A stretch of DNA of 64,000 nt, from assembly GCA_013166775.1 (NCBI GenBank), contig JABLTJ010000001.1, forward strand, positions 160,001 to 224,000, given 5' to 3'. This document shows positions 28,216-38,194 of this stretch, piece after piece. A model generated the notes under the pieces. That model made no database searches. It saw nothing but the letters and a program-made list of their open reading frames with translations, and was not told the DNA's origin. Source of the stretch: Promethearchaeati archaeon (GTDB taxonomy: Archaea > Asgardarchaeota > Heimdallarchaeia > Heimdallarchaeales > Heimdallarchaeaceae). Position 1 is the first letter of the stretch, and each line of letters opens with the position of its first letter. A program made the translations under genes and the position numbers.

Positions 28216-29847
28216 TTACCAACCAATAGCTAATCCGTCTGCACGGGGACTAGAACCACCACAGAGGACACCATTTTTTGGGTTACGAGTTATAATCTGT
28301 CCTCTCCCAAAAATCATACGAGATACACCTGAGGTAGGAATGATTTCATGACCCATATTGCTTAATGTGCTCATTGTAGCAGTGCTAATCCCTTCTTCAA
28401 GAGCCACTCTTCCACCACTTGTTCCATCTCGAATAGTAAATCTTGGGGCATTAAGGGCTTCTTGTGGATTCATTTCAAAATCAACCATATTACATATGAC
28501 CTGAGCATGACCTTGAGGTTGATTGAAACCTCCCATTACACCAAAACTCGCATAAAGTTCATCATTCTTTGTTGCCATTCCAGGAATAATTGTGTGATAT
28601 GGTCGCTTTTTTGGTCCTAGAGCATTTGGATGATTTTCATCAAGAGAAAAGTTTGCTCCTCGATTCTGTAGTGTAAATCCACATCCTTTAGGTATCAAAC
28701 CAGTACCAAATCCCATATAGTTTGAGTTTATAAAACTACAAGCATTTCCTTCTCCATCCGCTACAGAAAAGTAAACAGTATCTGAACTAGTAGTTGGGGA
28801 TCCTCGTTGAACATCAATCGTTGCTTTCTTTAAATCAATCAATTCTCTTCTTTTAGCCGCGTATTGTTTTGAAATTAATTCCTTTATTGGGATATTCACG
28901 ATTGCAGGATCTGCAACATACCAGCGAGTATCTGCAAATGCTATTCTCATAGCTTCGATCATCACATGTAGATGTTCGATTGAAGAGTGTTCCATTTTGC
29001 CTATGTCAAACTCTTCTAGAATATTAAGAGCAATAAGAGCAGTAATTCCTTGACCATTTGGAGGGATTTCATAAACCTCTACTCCTCGATAATTAGTTGA
29101 TATAGGTTCATCAAATGTACTGTGATGATTCTTTAAATCTTCGAGAGACATTGTACCTTCTTTGGATTGGATTAATTCAATAATTGCTTCTGCGATTCTT
29201 CCTTCATAAAATCCAGCTTTTCCATGCTCAGCAAGTTCTTTGAAAGTTTGTGCGAGGGTTGGATTCTTCATGAGTTCTCCCTCTTTTGGTGCTTCGCCAT
29301 TTAGTAACATTTCTTCAGCGAAAGGACCCATTTTCAATATTCTTGTACTACGATTCCAAGCTCTAGCAGTAAATGGAGCAACTGGGAACCCTTCTTCAGC
29401 TAACTCAATAGCTGGAGCTAAAATTGTTTTAAGCTCCAAAGTACCGAATTTTTCTATTGTATCAGTCCACCCAGCAGCTGCACCTGGAACAGTTATTGTA
29501 TGAACACTCAGGGATGGTAAAGACTCTGTTATTCCTTGTTCTGAAAGAAATTCTAGATTAAGATCTGCGGGTGATCGACCACTTGCATTGAGTCCAGACA
29601 CAGTTTTAGTTTTATTATCAAAGAATAAACAAAAGCAATCCCCACCGATTCCTGTTGAACATGGTTCTGTGACGTTCAATGCTGCAGCTGTGGCAACAGC
29701 TGCATCTGCCGCATTTCCTCCTTGTTGAAGAATTCTCATTCCTGCTTCTGAAGCTAATGGTTGACTAGAAGCTACTATCCCTCTTTTACCATAAACAGGA
29801 GCGCGATAAGAATCAAAACGCAAACTCATGATGTTAAGATAATTCAT
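28216..29847 (-). CDS. ggt: Gamma-glutamyltranspeptidase
   Basis: GGNAADAA, EPCSTGIGGD, PPNGQG, catalytic Thr in SDTVY, KRPYHTIIP, GVMGG..QPQGH. Confidence 0.95.
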   Translation of the reverse strand: MNYLNIMSLRFDSYRAPVYGKRGIVASSQPLASEAGMRILQQGGNAADAAVATAAALNVTEPCSTGIGGDCFCLFFDNKTKTVSGLNASGRSPADLNLEFLSEQGITESLPSLSVHTITVPGAAAGWTDTIEKFGTLELKTILAPAIELAEEGFPVAPFTARAWNRSTRILKMGPFAEEMLLNGEAPKEGELMKNPTLAQTFKELAEHGKAGFYEGRIAEAIIELIQSKEGTMSLEDLKNHHSTFDEPISTNYRGVEVYEIPPNGQGITALIALNILEEFDIGKMEHSSIEHLHVMIEAMRIAFADTRWYVADPAIVNIPIKELISKQYAAKRRELIDLKKATIDVQRGSPTTSSDTVYFSVADGEGNACSFINSNYMGFGTGLIPKGCGFTLQNRGANFSLDENHPNALGPKKRPYHTIIPGMATKNDELYASFGVMGGFNQPQGHAQVICNMVDFEMNPQEALNAPRFTIRDGTSGGRVALEEGISTATMSTLSNMGHEIIPTSGVSRMIFGRGQIITRNPKNGVLCGGSSPRADGLAIGW

Positions 29848-29881
29848 GTAAAAATAAATCTAATGGTATAGTTGCATCTTC

Positions 29882-30685
29882 TTATGATAGTTGAAAGAAT
29901 TCGTTTAGCATTTGAAAGAATTTCATTCTATTCCAATCAATTTCCTCTAGACCATAGTCCTCAAAAAAGTATTTGACCCACTCTCCCCCTAAATTATACC
30001 CAATGCTCCATGCAACAGCTGCAAAATCAAAGTATCTATCATTTATCCCCCCAAACGACCAATCAATAAAGCCACTTAATTCTTTGTTCTTAACAATTAC
30101 ATTGGGTAAACAGTAATCTCCATGTGAAAAAACATAATCGTACTTTCTAGGTTTATTCTTTAGTATCTCCTGAAATAATTCTTCAGGTGTTTTATCACTC
30201 CATCTTTCATCAAATTTACTATTATCAATTTTTTTATTCTCCAGTTTATCTTTTGCAATTTGTAGAAGGTTATCTGGGGAATTATTTATTGGACAATCAG
30301 AATAATCCATGGAATGAATCTTTTTTAGTCCTTCAGCTAGTATCTTAACGTTTTGTCTTTTTATTTCATCTGAATTTGCCTTAAAAGAAACTTCACCTTC
30401 TATTTCTGACATAAGCAAATACTCCTTGCCCTTGTATTTACAAAAAAAGAGTACTTGTGGAACAAGCAATTTACTTTCTAGCCATTTTAAAATTGTTTTT
30501 TCCCTTTCCAAATTAAAAACTGATTCTGGTTTGTTTATTTTTAAATACAATGTCTGGTGTCTATTATCTAGTTTGAAAACTTCGGTTCTTGAACAACCAA
30601 TTGTGTTTACTACCCAGTCATACTCTTCTAAGATTATTTTAAGCTCTGGAGGGAGTTTGTGTTCTAAGATAGTATTCTTGTCCAT
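29882..30685 (-). CDS. APH(3')-family aminoglycoside phosphotransferase homolog
   Basis: G.S...V.KL, LYLK, HGDYCLPN, FIDW, DRYFDFA, terminal LNEFF. Confidence 0.85.
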   Translation of the reverse strand: MDKNTILEHKLPPELKIILEEYDWVVNTIGCSRTEVFKLDNRHQTLYLKINKPESVFNLEREKTILKWLESKLLVPQVLFFCKYKGKEYLLMSEIEGEVSFKANSDEIKRQNVKILAEGLKKIHSMDYSDCPINNSPDNLLQIAKDKLENKKIDNSKFDERWSDKTPEELFQEILKNKPRKYDYVFSHGDYCLPNVIVKNKELSGFIDWSFGGINDRYFDFAAVAWSIGYNLGGEWVKYFFEDYGLEEIDWNRMKFFQMLNEFFQLS

Positions 30686-30867
30686 TAAATCAATACAGAA
30701 TACTCACTATCTTTTATATTACTTTAGACTTTTACAAAAAGACAAAAATGAAGGTATTTACCTAGATTTATTTCCAAAATTTGGGCACGCTTTTATATGT
30801 ATTCCAACTTCATAATAGCATTTAGTACAGGATTTGGTTGATCCTGGGGGAGATTAAGAGGAGTGAA

Positions 30868-31446
30868 TTATTGTTGCTTGTTCATTTTCATAGGACTCTG
30901 TTTTTTCCTTTTTGACACTCGAATAGCTATGAATGTTAGAGGTGCAAGCAATATGGTGAATAAAATATAGAAGCGATTCGACAACTCATTTTCTCTAACA
31001 AATATTTCTCCTCCATAAAATCCATATGTGCTAAGCGTAATAGTTATTTTTGAATCGAAAAAACTTTTTGAATTATCAATTACAAGATAATATCTGCTCT
31101 TTTCATTTAGATGTAGATAGTAATCACCATCTGGGTTATATGTTGAATTAATGAATTTATACGAAAAATCCTCTTCCCAATTTTTAAAATTCTCTTTATC
31201 AAAGATGTATATAGTAACTGGATTATATCCGTATATGGATTCAGTTGTAAGTTTTACATTGAATGTTTGATCTCCTGTACTTGCTATTATGTATTCATAA
31301 TCATAAGCATCAATTGCAAAGGTTTTAACATAATAAGAGTATGCTCTGGAATTAGTGGATAATAAAACGAGAAGAATAATTGTAATGACAATGATTAGTA
31401 TGCTTCTTGTTATTACATTTTTCATCCTTCTGCTTATATGATTCAT
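30868..31446 (-). CDS. Signal peptide + GOLD/p24-like beta-sandwich + C-terminal TM protein
   Basis: Cleavable-looking N-terminus, YYLVIDNSKSFFDSKITITL strand motif, TM then basic tail. Confidence 0.6.
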   Translation of the reverse strand: MNHISRRMKNVITRSILIIVITIILLVLLSTNSRAYSYYVKTFAIDAYDYEYIIASTGDQTFNVKLTTESIYGYNPVTIYIFDKENFKNWEEDFSYKFINSTYNPDGDYYLHLNEKSRYYLVIDNSKSFFDSKITITLSTYGFYGGEIFVRENELSNRFYILFTILLAPLTFIAIRVSKRKKQSPMKMNKQQ

Positions 31447-31705
31447 CCTAAGAACTTTCGTTTTCTTTTATAAAAACATTTTCGTTAAATGCCCCTCTAA
31501 TATGAGAATCGTTAATTTTATCTGTTCTCTGCTTTTTTTTAAATGATATCAGAATTATTTATTTAACATGAGAAAAGTATCTTTAATCACTCTTCTAACA
31601 AAGAGATATATTTAATATGATACCTTTTTAGAACCCAGTATGAACTATCTGTAGAGTATACTACAGTTTCGGAGAACTAGTTCAAATAGTTGTAATATTA
31701 CATCG

Positions 31706-32050
31706 TTGGTTTCTTCCCACTTGATGATAGATATTCCCTCATCTAATAATCTAGCAAGAGTTGCAATCTTCTCGTCTATATCTATAGAACAATGTAGTTT
31801 CATCTCTCCTCCAAAAACCATTGAAACATTAGTAAAAATGTTACGAAAATCAGTTGAAATCGGAACCTTAAAAGATGTAAATGTAGAAAAACTGGTATTG
31901 TATTTGTGGTCTGTAGTTCACGGTGCTACTTATGTTTCACATTCTGTTGTTTTTTATCCGAGTGCAGAAATGTCTTATTTTGGTGCAGCAGACGATTTCC
32001 AAAGATTTGTTATAGCACTGTTAAAAGAACAATTAGAAGCTTTCATTTAG
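31706..32050 (+). pseudogene. Degraded TetR-like regulator, C-terminal fragment
   Basis: LRKSVEIGTLKDVNVEKLVLYLWSVVHG resembles a TetR C-domain; no HTH in the ORF. Confidence 0.5.
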
Positions 32051-32140
32051 GGTTAAATTCGAGCACTGGAATCACTTTATTTTTTGCATTCCAATAATTA
32101 AAATGACATACTATATAAGTGTCTGAACAAGCGCAAGCTT

Positions 32141-32225
32141 GAGAGGTACAGCGAGGAAAATTAAAATTAGTCCGTCCATTAATTTCAGTTCTTTTAACGA
32201 TCTGCTCCCTCCTGTACCTCCTTTC
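32141..32225 (+). ncRNA. Candidate ~80-nt stem-closed small RNA
   Basis: GAGGTACAG-C-GAGG pairs with CCTC-CTGTACCTC; TATATAA at 32112. Confidence 0.45.
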
Positions 32226-32287
32226 ACCTTGCAAGCTTTATCGTATATTTTGTACTTTTTAATTAGGAAATTTTCTGTATTCCATTA

Positions 32288-32551
32288 ATGTTACAAAGAA
32301 TTAATAAAGGAGTTTCATTAGTTTCCATAGATAAAACAATTGAATCCATACAGAAGAAACAAGGCGATTGTATGAGCGAAATAGAAAAGGAAGAGTTACT
32401 GAAAAACCTAAAACGACCTACAGATCAAACATCTACAATCGATATGGATGCAGTTGATTTTGTTCTTTTAAAATTAAATGAAATTAGACATGAAGTGAGT
32501 CTTAAACTAAAAGATCATGAAAATAAAACAAAGAAAAAAAGCGTATCTTAA
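32288..32551 (+). CDS. Small hypothetical protein (start possibly MSEIEK)
   Basis: Charged helical ORF; no family recognised. Confidence 0.45.
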   Translation: MLQRINKGVSLVSIDKTIESIQKKQGDCMSEIEKEELLKNLKRPTDQTSTIDMDAVDFVLLKLNEIRHEVSLKLKDHENKTKKKSVS

Positions 32552-32597
32552 TTTCATCTGTTAACACTAAAATAAAACTGCTTTTGCTTTCAGAGAA

Positions 32598-33809
32598 ATG
32601 AAATCTATGTTAGATTCGATAAAATATATATCTGATAATTTTGGACCTCGAATAGCGGGTTCAGAAGCTGATCATAAAGCTATTGAATACATTGAACAGC
32701 AATTTAGATCATTCTCCTCTGATGTTGAACTAGAATCTTTCCCTGTTGTAGGTAGATCTCTACAATATTTGATACAATTTCTAGTTTGGGGATATTTCAT
32801 CTCTACAGTCTTTTACTTTATCTTACCACCATTAGCAATTTTTATATCGATTTTAATGTTGTTAATTTATTATCTAGCTAGATTTCGAGATAAGAACTTA
32901 GTTAATATGCTTGTGAAGAAGTCACAAAGTAAAAATGTAATAGCTAAATTTTCTCCAACTGATAAAAAGAAAAAATTGCTTATTTTTTCAGGGCATCATG
33001 ATTCAGCATTTCATATGCCTCTTTTTGAAAAGAATGTTGCGAAAGTTGATTTAATCCAAAATGGTGCAATCTTGGGTATTGTATTTCTACTTGTATCAGG
33101 AATATGGAAATCAATCGCATTCTTTCTACCTTCCGCGGGGATAGTTGAACTCTTTAGTTATAATGTTGGAGTGATTTCTATATCCTGGTGGATTTTGCCT
33201 GATATTCTTTTCATACCTGCGCTTTTTGGATTAATATTGGCATTTTATTTCTTATCGAATATGGTTACAAAAACACCTTTGATAGGTGCAAATGATAATT
33301 TGACTTCAGTTTCAATGCTGATAGCAATAGGGAATTATCTAAAAGAGAATCCTCCAAAAAACTTGGAGGTAAGATTAATATCGTTCGGTGGAGAAGAACC
33401 GGGATTGGTCGGAAGTACTCATTATGTCAATAAACGATTAAATGAACTAAATGATGTGATCAATATTAATTACGAGGTTTTAGGACGCGGAACCCTAGGT
33501 ATTATTTCCAAGGAGAGAGATAATAATGTGATACATGATGAAGAATTGGTTGTTTTCATCCAAGAAGTAGGAAAGAAATTAGAAATGGAATTGCGAGCAA
33601 TTCAAATACATTATGGCAATACAGATGCAGGAAGCTTCTCCAAGAGAGGATTCAAAGGAGCAACTATTGCTTGTTATGGGAAAAATAATGTTTTTGATCT
33701 GTGGCATTCAACAGAAGATACAGATGAAAATGTGGATGAAAAGCTTCTGCAAGAAGCCTATAAACTAACTATTGCAATTATCAAAGAAATGGAAACAGGT
33801 GCGTTTTAG
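32598..33809 (+). CDS. Membrane-embedded M28 family metallopeptidase
   Basis: GPRIAGS, GHHDS, GANDN, GGEEPGLVGS, TDA, WHS.ED; TM inserts. Confidence 0.9.
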   Translation: MKSMLDSIKYISDNFGPRIAGSEADHKAIEYIEQQFRSFSSDVELESFPVVGRSLQYLIQFLVWGYFISTVFYFILPPLAIFISILMLLIYYLARFRDKNLVNMLVKKSQSKNVIAKFSPTDKKKKLLIFSGHHDSAFHMPLFEKNVAKVDLIQNGAILGIVFLLVSGIWKSIAFFLPSAGIVELFSYNVGVISISWWILPDILFIPALFGLILAFYFLSNMVTKTPLIGANDNLTSVSMLIAIGNYLKENPPKNLEVRLISFGGEEPGLVGSTHYVNKRLNELNDVININYEVLGRGTLGIISKERDNNVIHDEELVVFIQEVGKKLEMELRAIQIHYGNTDAGSFSKRGFKGATIACYGKNNVFDLWHSTEDTDENVDEKLLQEAYKLTIAIIKEMETGAF

Positions 33810-34216
33810 CAATAACATGGTTCTTGAACATATATTGTGATTGTTTTATCGTTGCAATGAACAGTCCAATTTCCTGGGAGAGGAAAAATTATTTGAAATA
33901 AATAATTCATATGATAGAAAATTCCAGGACAGATGACTCTTCTCAGTAATTTAGATTTTATAGTAATAAGAACCGTGTATTCCTGCTTTTCAGAAATCTC
34001 CACAACAGGTGTTTTCATGCGATAACATCCACTAGTTCTAGCAGAAACATTTAGCGTCCATTCTTCTCCTGCTGTAGGATTGAGCTCATATGAGATTATT
34101 GTAACAGGAGGATAGTAGATGTTACTATAGTGAAAATATAGAGGAAGACCTACAGAAAACGAGACTATGATTGCAGCTGTAACAGCTGTAGTAATAATGA
34201 GATTTTTACGATTCAC
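33806..34216 (-). CDS. N-terminally anchored small beta-rich extracellular protein
   Basis: Single N-terminal TM; SGC...C cysteine pair. Confidence 0.6.
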   Translation of the reverse strand: MNRKNLIITTAVTAAIIVSFSVGLPLYFHYSNIYYPPVTIISYELNPTAGEEWTLNVSARTSGCYRMKTPVVEISEKQEYTVLITIKSKLLRRVICPGIFYHMNYLFQIIFPLPGNWTVHCNDKTITIYVQEPCYC

Positions 34217-34264
34217 TTTTGTTTAATTAGTGTAGAAACTGATAAAGATTTTGTAAAAGAAATT

Positions 34265-34366
34265 TGGTAGCGCCGAATGGACTTGAACCATTGATCTTCG
34301 GGTTTCTCAACCTTTAAGGTTAGAATTTATGAGCCCGACGGGTTTTCCATGCTACCCCACGGCGCT
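34265..34366 (-). tRNA. Initiator tRNA-Met(CAT) with 24-nt intron (34304-34327) at 37/38 and encoded CCA
   Basis: AGCGCCG/CGGCGCT acceptor stem with A1:U72, GGG/CCC anticodon stem, CTCATA|A loop, TTCAAGT T-loop, BHB with CTCA/TGAG central helix. Confidence 0.97.
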
Positions 34367-34484
34367 GCGTCTATCAATTTCTTTCAACCTCATTCTTTTA
34401 AGTCTTTTTCTTACTGTTCAATTGAAGGATTTAAGGATTTAAATCATAAGATTTTTTTACTAATGAAATTTAAGATAATCAACG

Positions 34485-35396
34485 ATGCTGTGGATTATTG
34501 TAGCGATTTTATTGGGATTATCCTTACTCACGTGGATTTTCTTAATCTACTCTTTGTTTCAAGAATATCGCTATGCTACTCTTTTCATAGATATGTTACC
34601 TTTCTATCAGCCATTGAACTTCTTTGCTTTACTATCAGTGGTTGTTAGTAGCTATCTTATCCTCTACATCTATGAGTGGTCACCTCCTCAATGGATAGCG
34701 CCTCTAGTACTCAGTATCGGATTAATATTGAACCTTTCCTTAATCTATTTTTTCAGAAAATGGAGTAATTGCTACAAATTGAGTGTGTATGCTGACTTTC
34801 TAGACGAATTAAAAAAGGAACAATACTCAGTAAAGCGTTTTAGTGAATTTAATCAGACTCCACAACTTGATAAAAACAAGATACATGTTTTTCTTAGACA
34901 TGATGTTGATTTATCCCTCAATAGACTCTTAAACATAATAAAAATAGAAAAGGAAAAGAATATCTCTTCTACATTATTTTTCAGATTACATTCTGAAAAA
35001 TATATTTTTGAGAAATCAATACCTATTATACAATATTTGCATTCAGAAGGTTTTGAAATCGGTTTTCATTACGAAGTTTTAAGCCAAACAGAAGGAAATA
35101 CTGAAGAAGCCCTAGTCCTATTTACGAAGGAATTAAATAAATTAAGAGAGTATACACCAATCAAAGTGGTATCCCCTCACGGGGATAAATATTCAAACCA
35201 GAAGATTTGGTCTTTAGTAGACAAAGCAAAACTTGATGTTTGGTCTACTTATGATATGAAAAGAGATATCTATATAACAGATGCAGGTGGGAAGAACATG
35301 TTTAAACAACATGGGTCCCACATCTTTGACAAATTAAAAGAAGCTAAATTAGGAGATGTTGTTCAAATACTAATTCACGCTGATTGGTGGTATTAG
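34485..35396 (+). CDS. Three-TM protein fused to a polysaccharide deacetylase-like domain
   Basis: LRHDVD, STLFF, EIGFHYE, SPHG, QILIH..WW. Confidence 0.8.
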   Translation: MLWIIVAILLGLSLLTWIFLIYSLFQEYRYATLFIDMLPFYQPLNFFALLSVVVSSYLILYIYEWSPPQWIAPLVLSIGLILNLSLIYFFRKWSNCYKLSVYADFLDELKKEQYSVKRFSEFNQTPQLDKNKIHVFLRHDVDLSLNRLLNIIKIEKEKNISSTLFFRLHSEKYIFEKSIPIIQYLHSEGFEIGFHYEVLSQTEGNTEEALVLFTKELNKLREYTPIKVVSPHGDKYSNQKIWSLVDKAKLDVWSTYDMKRDIYITDAGGKNMFKQHGSHIFDKLKEAKLGDVVQILIHADWWY

Positions 35397-35417
35397 AGAT
35401 ACTGGAGTAAAAAGCTG

Positions 35418-37253
35418 ATGAGTCTAAAAAGAATTCTTTCAATAATGAAGCGGATGATTACTGACAAGAAGTTTAGAAATACGGTACTTACTAGACTCAC
35501 TCAAGAATATAAACAAGCAGCTCGGCCTATTAATATAGCAACTGAACTTCTCAAAGAAGATAAAGAATTCTTAGCACAACAAAGAATTGCATTTGTTGGC
35601 GGGTGTGAATTAGAATTTATGAAAGAGTTTTTTGAAGCAAATGGCGTTTCATGTTATTTAACATTTGATTATAATGAATCACCTGATCCTAATCTGGTTT
35701 TAAGTGATTTCAAAAGTGGAGTATATACATTCAATCCAAACATTGTTGTTTTGAGTGATGTTCAGTTTATTAGAAGTGAAATAGGTTCTATTCAACATAA
35801 TAAATCCGATTTCAAATCGCAAGATGAGCAGCTGGAATTCGTTAAACAACGACTTCATAATGGTATAAAGCAAGCTAAAACAAAGCTTAATGCAATATAC
35901 TTTATTATGACCTATCCTCTTGTAATAAGACCTGCTTTTGGAAGATTTGATTACAAGAATTTAGAGCGTAGTTATAGTTTAAGAGAGTTTTTGAATAGAT
36001 TGGAATCCTCTTTCTATGATTTAGCAAAACAAGATGAAGATTTGTATGTTCTATCTGTCAATGAAACTTTTCTCAAAGCAGCAACTGGACTTCAAATCAG
36101 AGAAAATGATGCTGATGGCGTTTATGAGCATTTCACAAGAGAGGGTGCAGTTACAATTTCAATGGAACTTGTAGATCATCTCAAGGTTGTGAAAGTTCAT
36201 GGTCGAAAGATAAAATGCGTAGTTTTAGATCTAGATAATACTCTGTGGGATGGAATATTGAGAGATGATGGAGTTGAGGGTATCAATGTCTATCATAATC
36301 GCTTAACAGTACTTAAATTCTTAACACGAAGAGGGATTATTTTAGCAATTGCAAGTAAAAATGACAGCACTATAGAACCATTAGTTAACAAGGTTTTAGG
36401 ACCAATTGCTGAATCTATTGTGGTCAAGAAAATCAGCTGGAATGATAAAGCCCAGAGTATTATGGAAATCGCTGAAGAGCTCAATATAGGACTAGATTCT
36501 GTAGCGTTCTTTGATGATAATCCCTATGAAAGAGATCAAATTGAATTATTTTTGCCAGAAGTCTTAGTTCTACCAGAAACTGACCTAATACACACACTAA
36601 ATAGAGTTGAATTCGAACCAGTTGGTAAATTAACTGATGAGAGTGCAAAACGAACTCAATTGTATGTTGAGCAAAAAAAACGAGAAGTAGATGAAAAGAA
36701 GTTTGCTTTGGATAAAGATGGTTTTCTACTTTCATGTGATTTAGAGATTTGGATGAGGAAAGCTAAAGATGAAAATATTGGAAGAGTAACCGAACTCATA
36801 CAAAGAACAAATCAGCTGAACGCAACTGCTGTACGCTATTCAAAAGATGAGTTATTGGAATTTCATAAGTCACAAGATTATGGAATTTATGTAGTCAATC
36901 TCTATGACCGATATGGAGAATATGGACTAATTGGTGTTACAATTGTTAAGAAAGAGGAAAATAAATGGACGATGGAAATCCTAACTTTCTCATGTAGAGC
37001 AATGGGTAAAACAGTAGAAGAAACATTCCTCTCTTATCTGATTAAAGAAGCAATGAAAGAGGATGTAAAAGTGGTTATTGGAAAATACCAAAAAACTGAA
37101 AGAAATGAAGCTATGGAGAGGCTTTTTACTGAATCGAATTTTAACAAAATTTCGACTGAGGGTGGATTGTTAATTTGGGAATACAATGCGGAAGAAAAGG
37201 GTGTTCCAACTTTTCCTAAATGGTTTAAAATCCTAAGCAAAGAAAAGAAGTAA
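35418..37253 (+). CDS. FkbH-like HAD-IIIC phosphatase/glyceryl transferase
   Basis: KCVVLDLDNTLWDG, ASKND, ELNIGLDS..FFDDNPYER, QRTNQLN, DRYGEYG, SCRAMG. Confidence 0.92.
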   Translation: MSLKRILSIMKRMITDKKFRNTVLTRLTQEYKQAARPINIATELLKEDKEFLAQQRIAFVGGCELEFMKEFFEANGVSCYLTFDYNESPDPNLVLSDFKSGVYTFNPNIVVLSDVQFIRSEIGSIQHNKSDFKSQDEQLEFVKQRLHNGIKQAKTKLNAIYFIMTYPLVIRPAFGRFDYKNLERSYSLREFLNRLESSFYDLAKQDEDLYVLSVNETFLKAATGLQIRENDADGVYEHFTREGAVTISMELVDHLKVVKVHGRKIKCVVLDLDNTLWDGILRDDGVEGINVYHNRLTVLKFLTRRGIILAIASKNDSTIEPLVNKVLGPIAESIVVKKISWNDKAQSIMEIAEELNIGLDSVAFFDDNPYERDQIELFLPEVLVLPETDLIHTLNRVEFEPVGKLTDESAKRTQLYVEQKKREVDEKKFALDKDGFLLSCDLEIWMRKAKDENIGRVTELIQRTNQLNATAVRYSKDELLEFHKSQDYGIYVVNLYDRYGEYGLIGVTIVKKEENKWTMEILTFSCRAMGKTVEETFLSYLIKEAMKEDVKVVIGKYQKTERNEAMERLFTESNFNKISTEGGLLIWEYNAEEKGVPTFPKWFKILSKEKK

Positions 37254-37329
37254 GAAATTTGAGCTTGAGCTTGACCTTAGGTCGTTTTAACGAAAACTTC
37301 ATAACTTTCCTCGAAGAAGATTCTATTAA

Positions 37330-38142
37330 ATGTTTCAAGACTCAGATGAATCTTTATTTGTTCAAAAGGAACGTCTTAGAGTATCAACCATATTTCTCCT
37401 TCTCCTTATAGATGCTATAGTTTATTTTATACCGTACCGTAACAATGTTTCAATTGGAGAATTATTTGGTATATCTCTCTGGTTCTATTTCGGAGTTTTG
37501 AATGCTATGTTGTTGATCCTAGTATATACGCTTGTCAAAGGTCAAGTTATTTTGGATTTCTCATCAAAGAAATTAATTTTCAATGAATTTAAGAGAAAAA
37601 AGAGTTGGGATTTCTCTGAGCTTTTGGGTATCTACCTTTTAGCCTATGAAGGAGAATATCTGATCAGAGTAAGACCAAAACGACTTCTAACCTTGGATGT
37701 TCAAGTTAGTTTTGAACATGCATACAAACTATTAGAGAAATTTGAAGACCTAGGTTATAAATTCAAAACAGTAAGATCAAATGAACCAAAAAGAATTACC
37801 TATCCCTTTCCAGTACTCTTCTCTAAATTTGAGAAGAAATCAGGTGGTTTCAATCCTGAGATACCTGAATGGTATCGCGGAATCACATTTAGAACCAAAA
37901 TGATTTCTATCACTATATCTCCCCTTCTCTATGTAATAGGTGGAACTCTGATAGCACGAATGCCATACCTTGTCGAGGGTCTATCTGCTACAAAGGGGAT
38001 CGTATATTTCATATATATTTTCACTGTCTTTCTTCTCTTCGATGGCGGTTTATATTTTCTGTTTGGTGTATCTTTTCTTGTAGTACTTGCAAAACAAATA
38101 CGCAAGGTCTCTTCTGTATCCCATCAAAGCGATAAACTCTAG
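37330..38142 (+). CDS. Four-TM membrane protein with central soluble domain
   Basis: 2 TM + beta-rich loop + 2 TM. Confidence 0.7.
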   Translation: MFQDSDESLFVQKERLRVSTIFLLLLIDAIVYFIPYRNNVSIGELFGISLWFYFGVLNAMLLILVYTLVKGQVILDFSSKKLIFNEFKRKKSWDFSELLGIYLLAYEGEYLIRVRPKRLLTLDVQVSFEHAYKLLEKFEDLGYKFKTVRSNEPKRITYPFPVLFSKFEKKSGGFNPEIPEWYRGITFRTKMISITISPLLYVIGGTLIARMPYLVEGLSATKGIVYFIYIFTVFLLFDGGLYFLFGVSFLVVLAKQIRKVSSVSHQSDKL

Positions 38143-38194
38143 ATTATTGTATCAGAGAGTAAAGTTAATTTTGTATGAAATTCTAAATGTGTTG

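Noticed and set aside
34349-34648. 99-aa ORF
   Set aside because: Overlaps the tRNA and the deacetylase gene out of frame.
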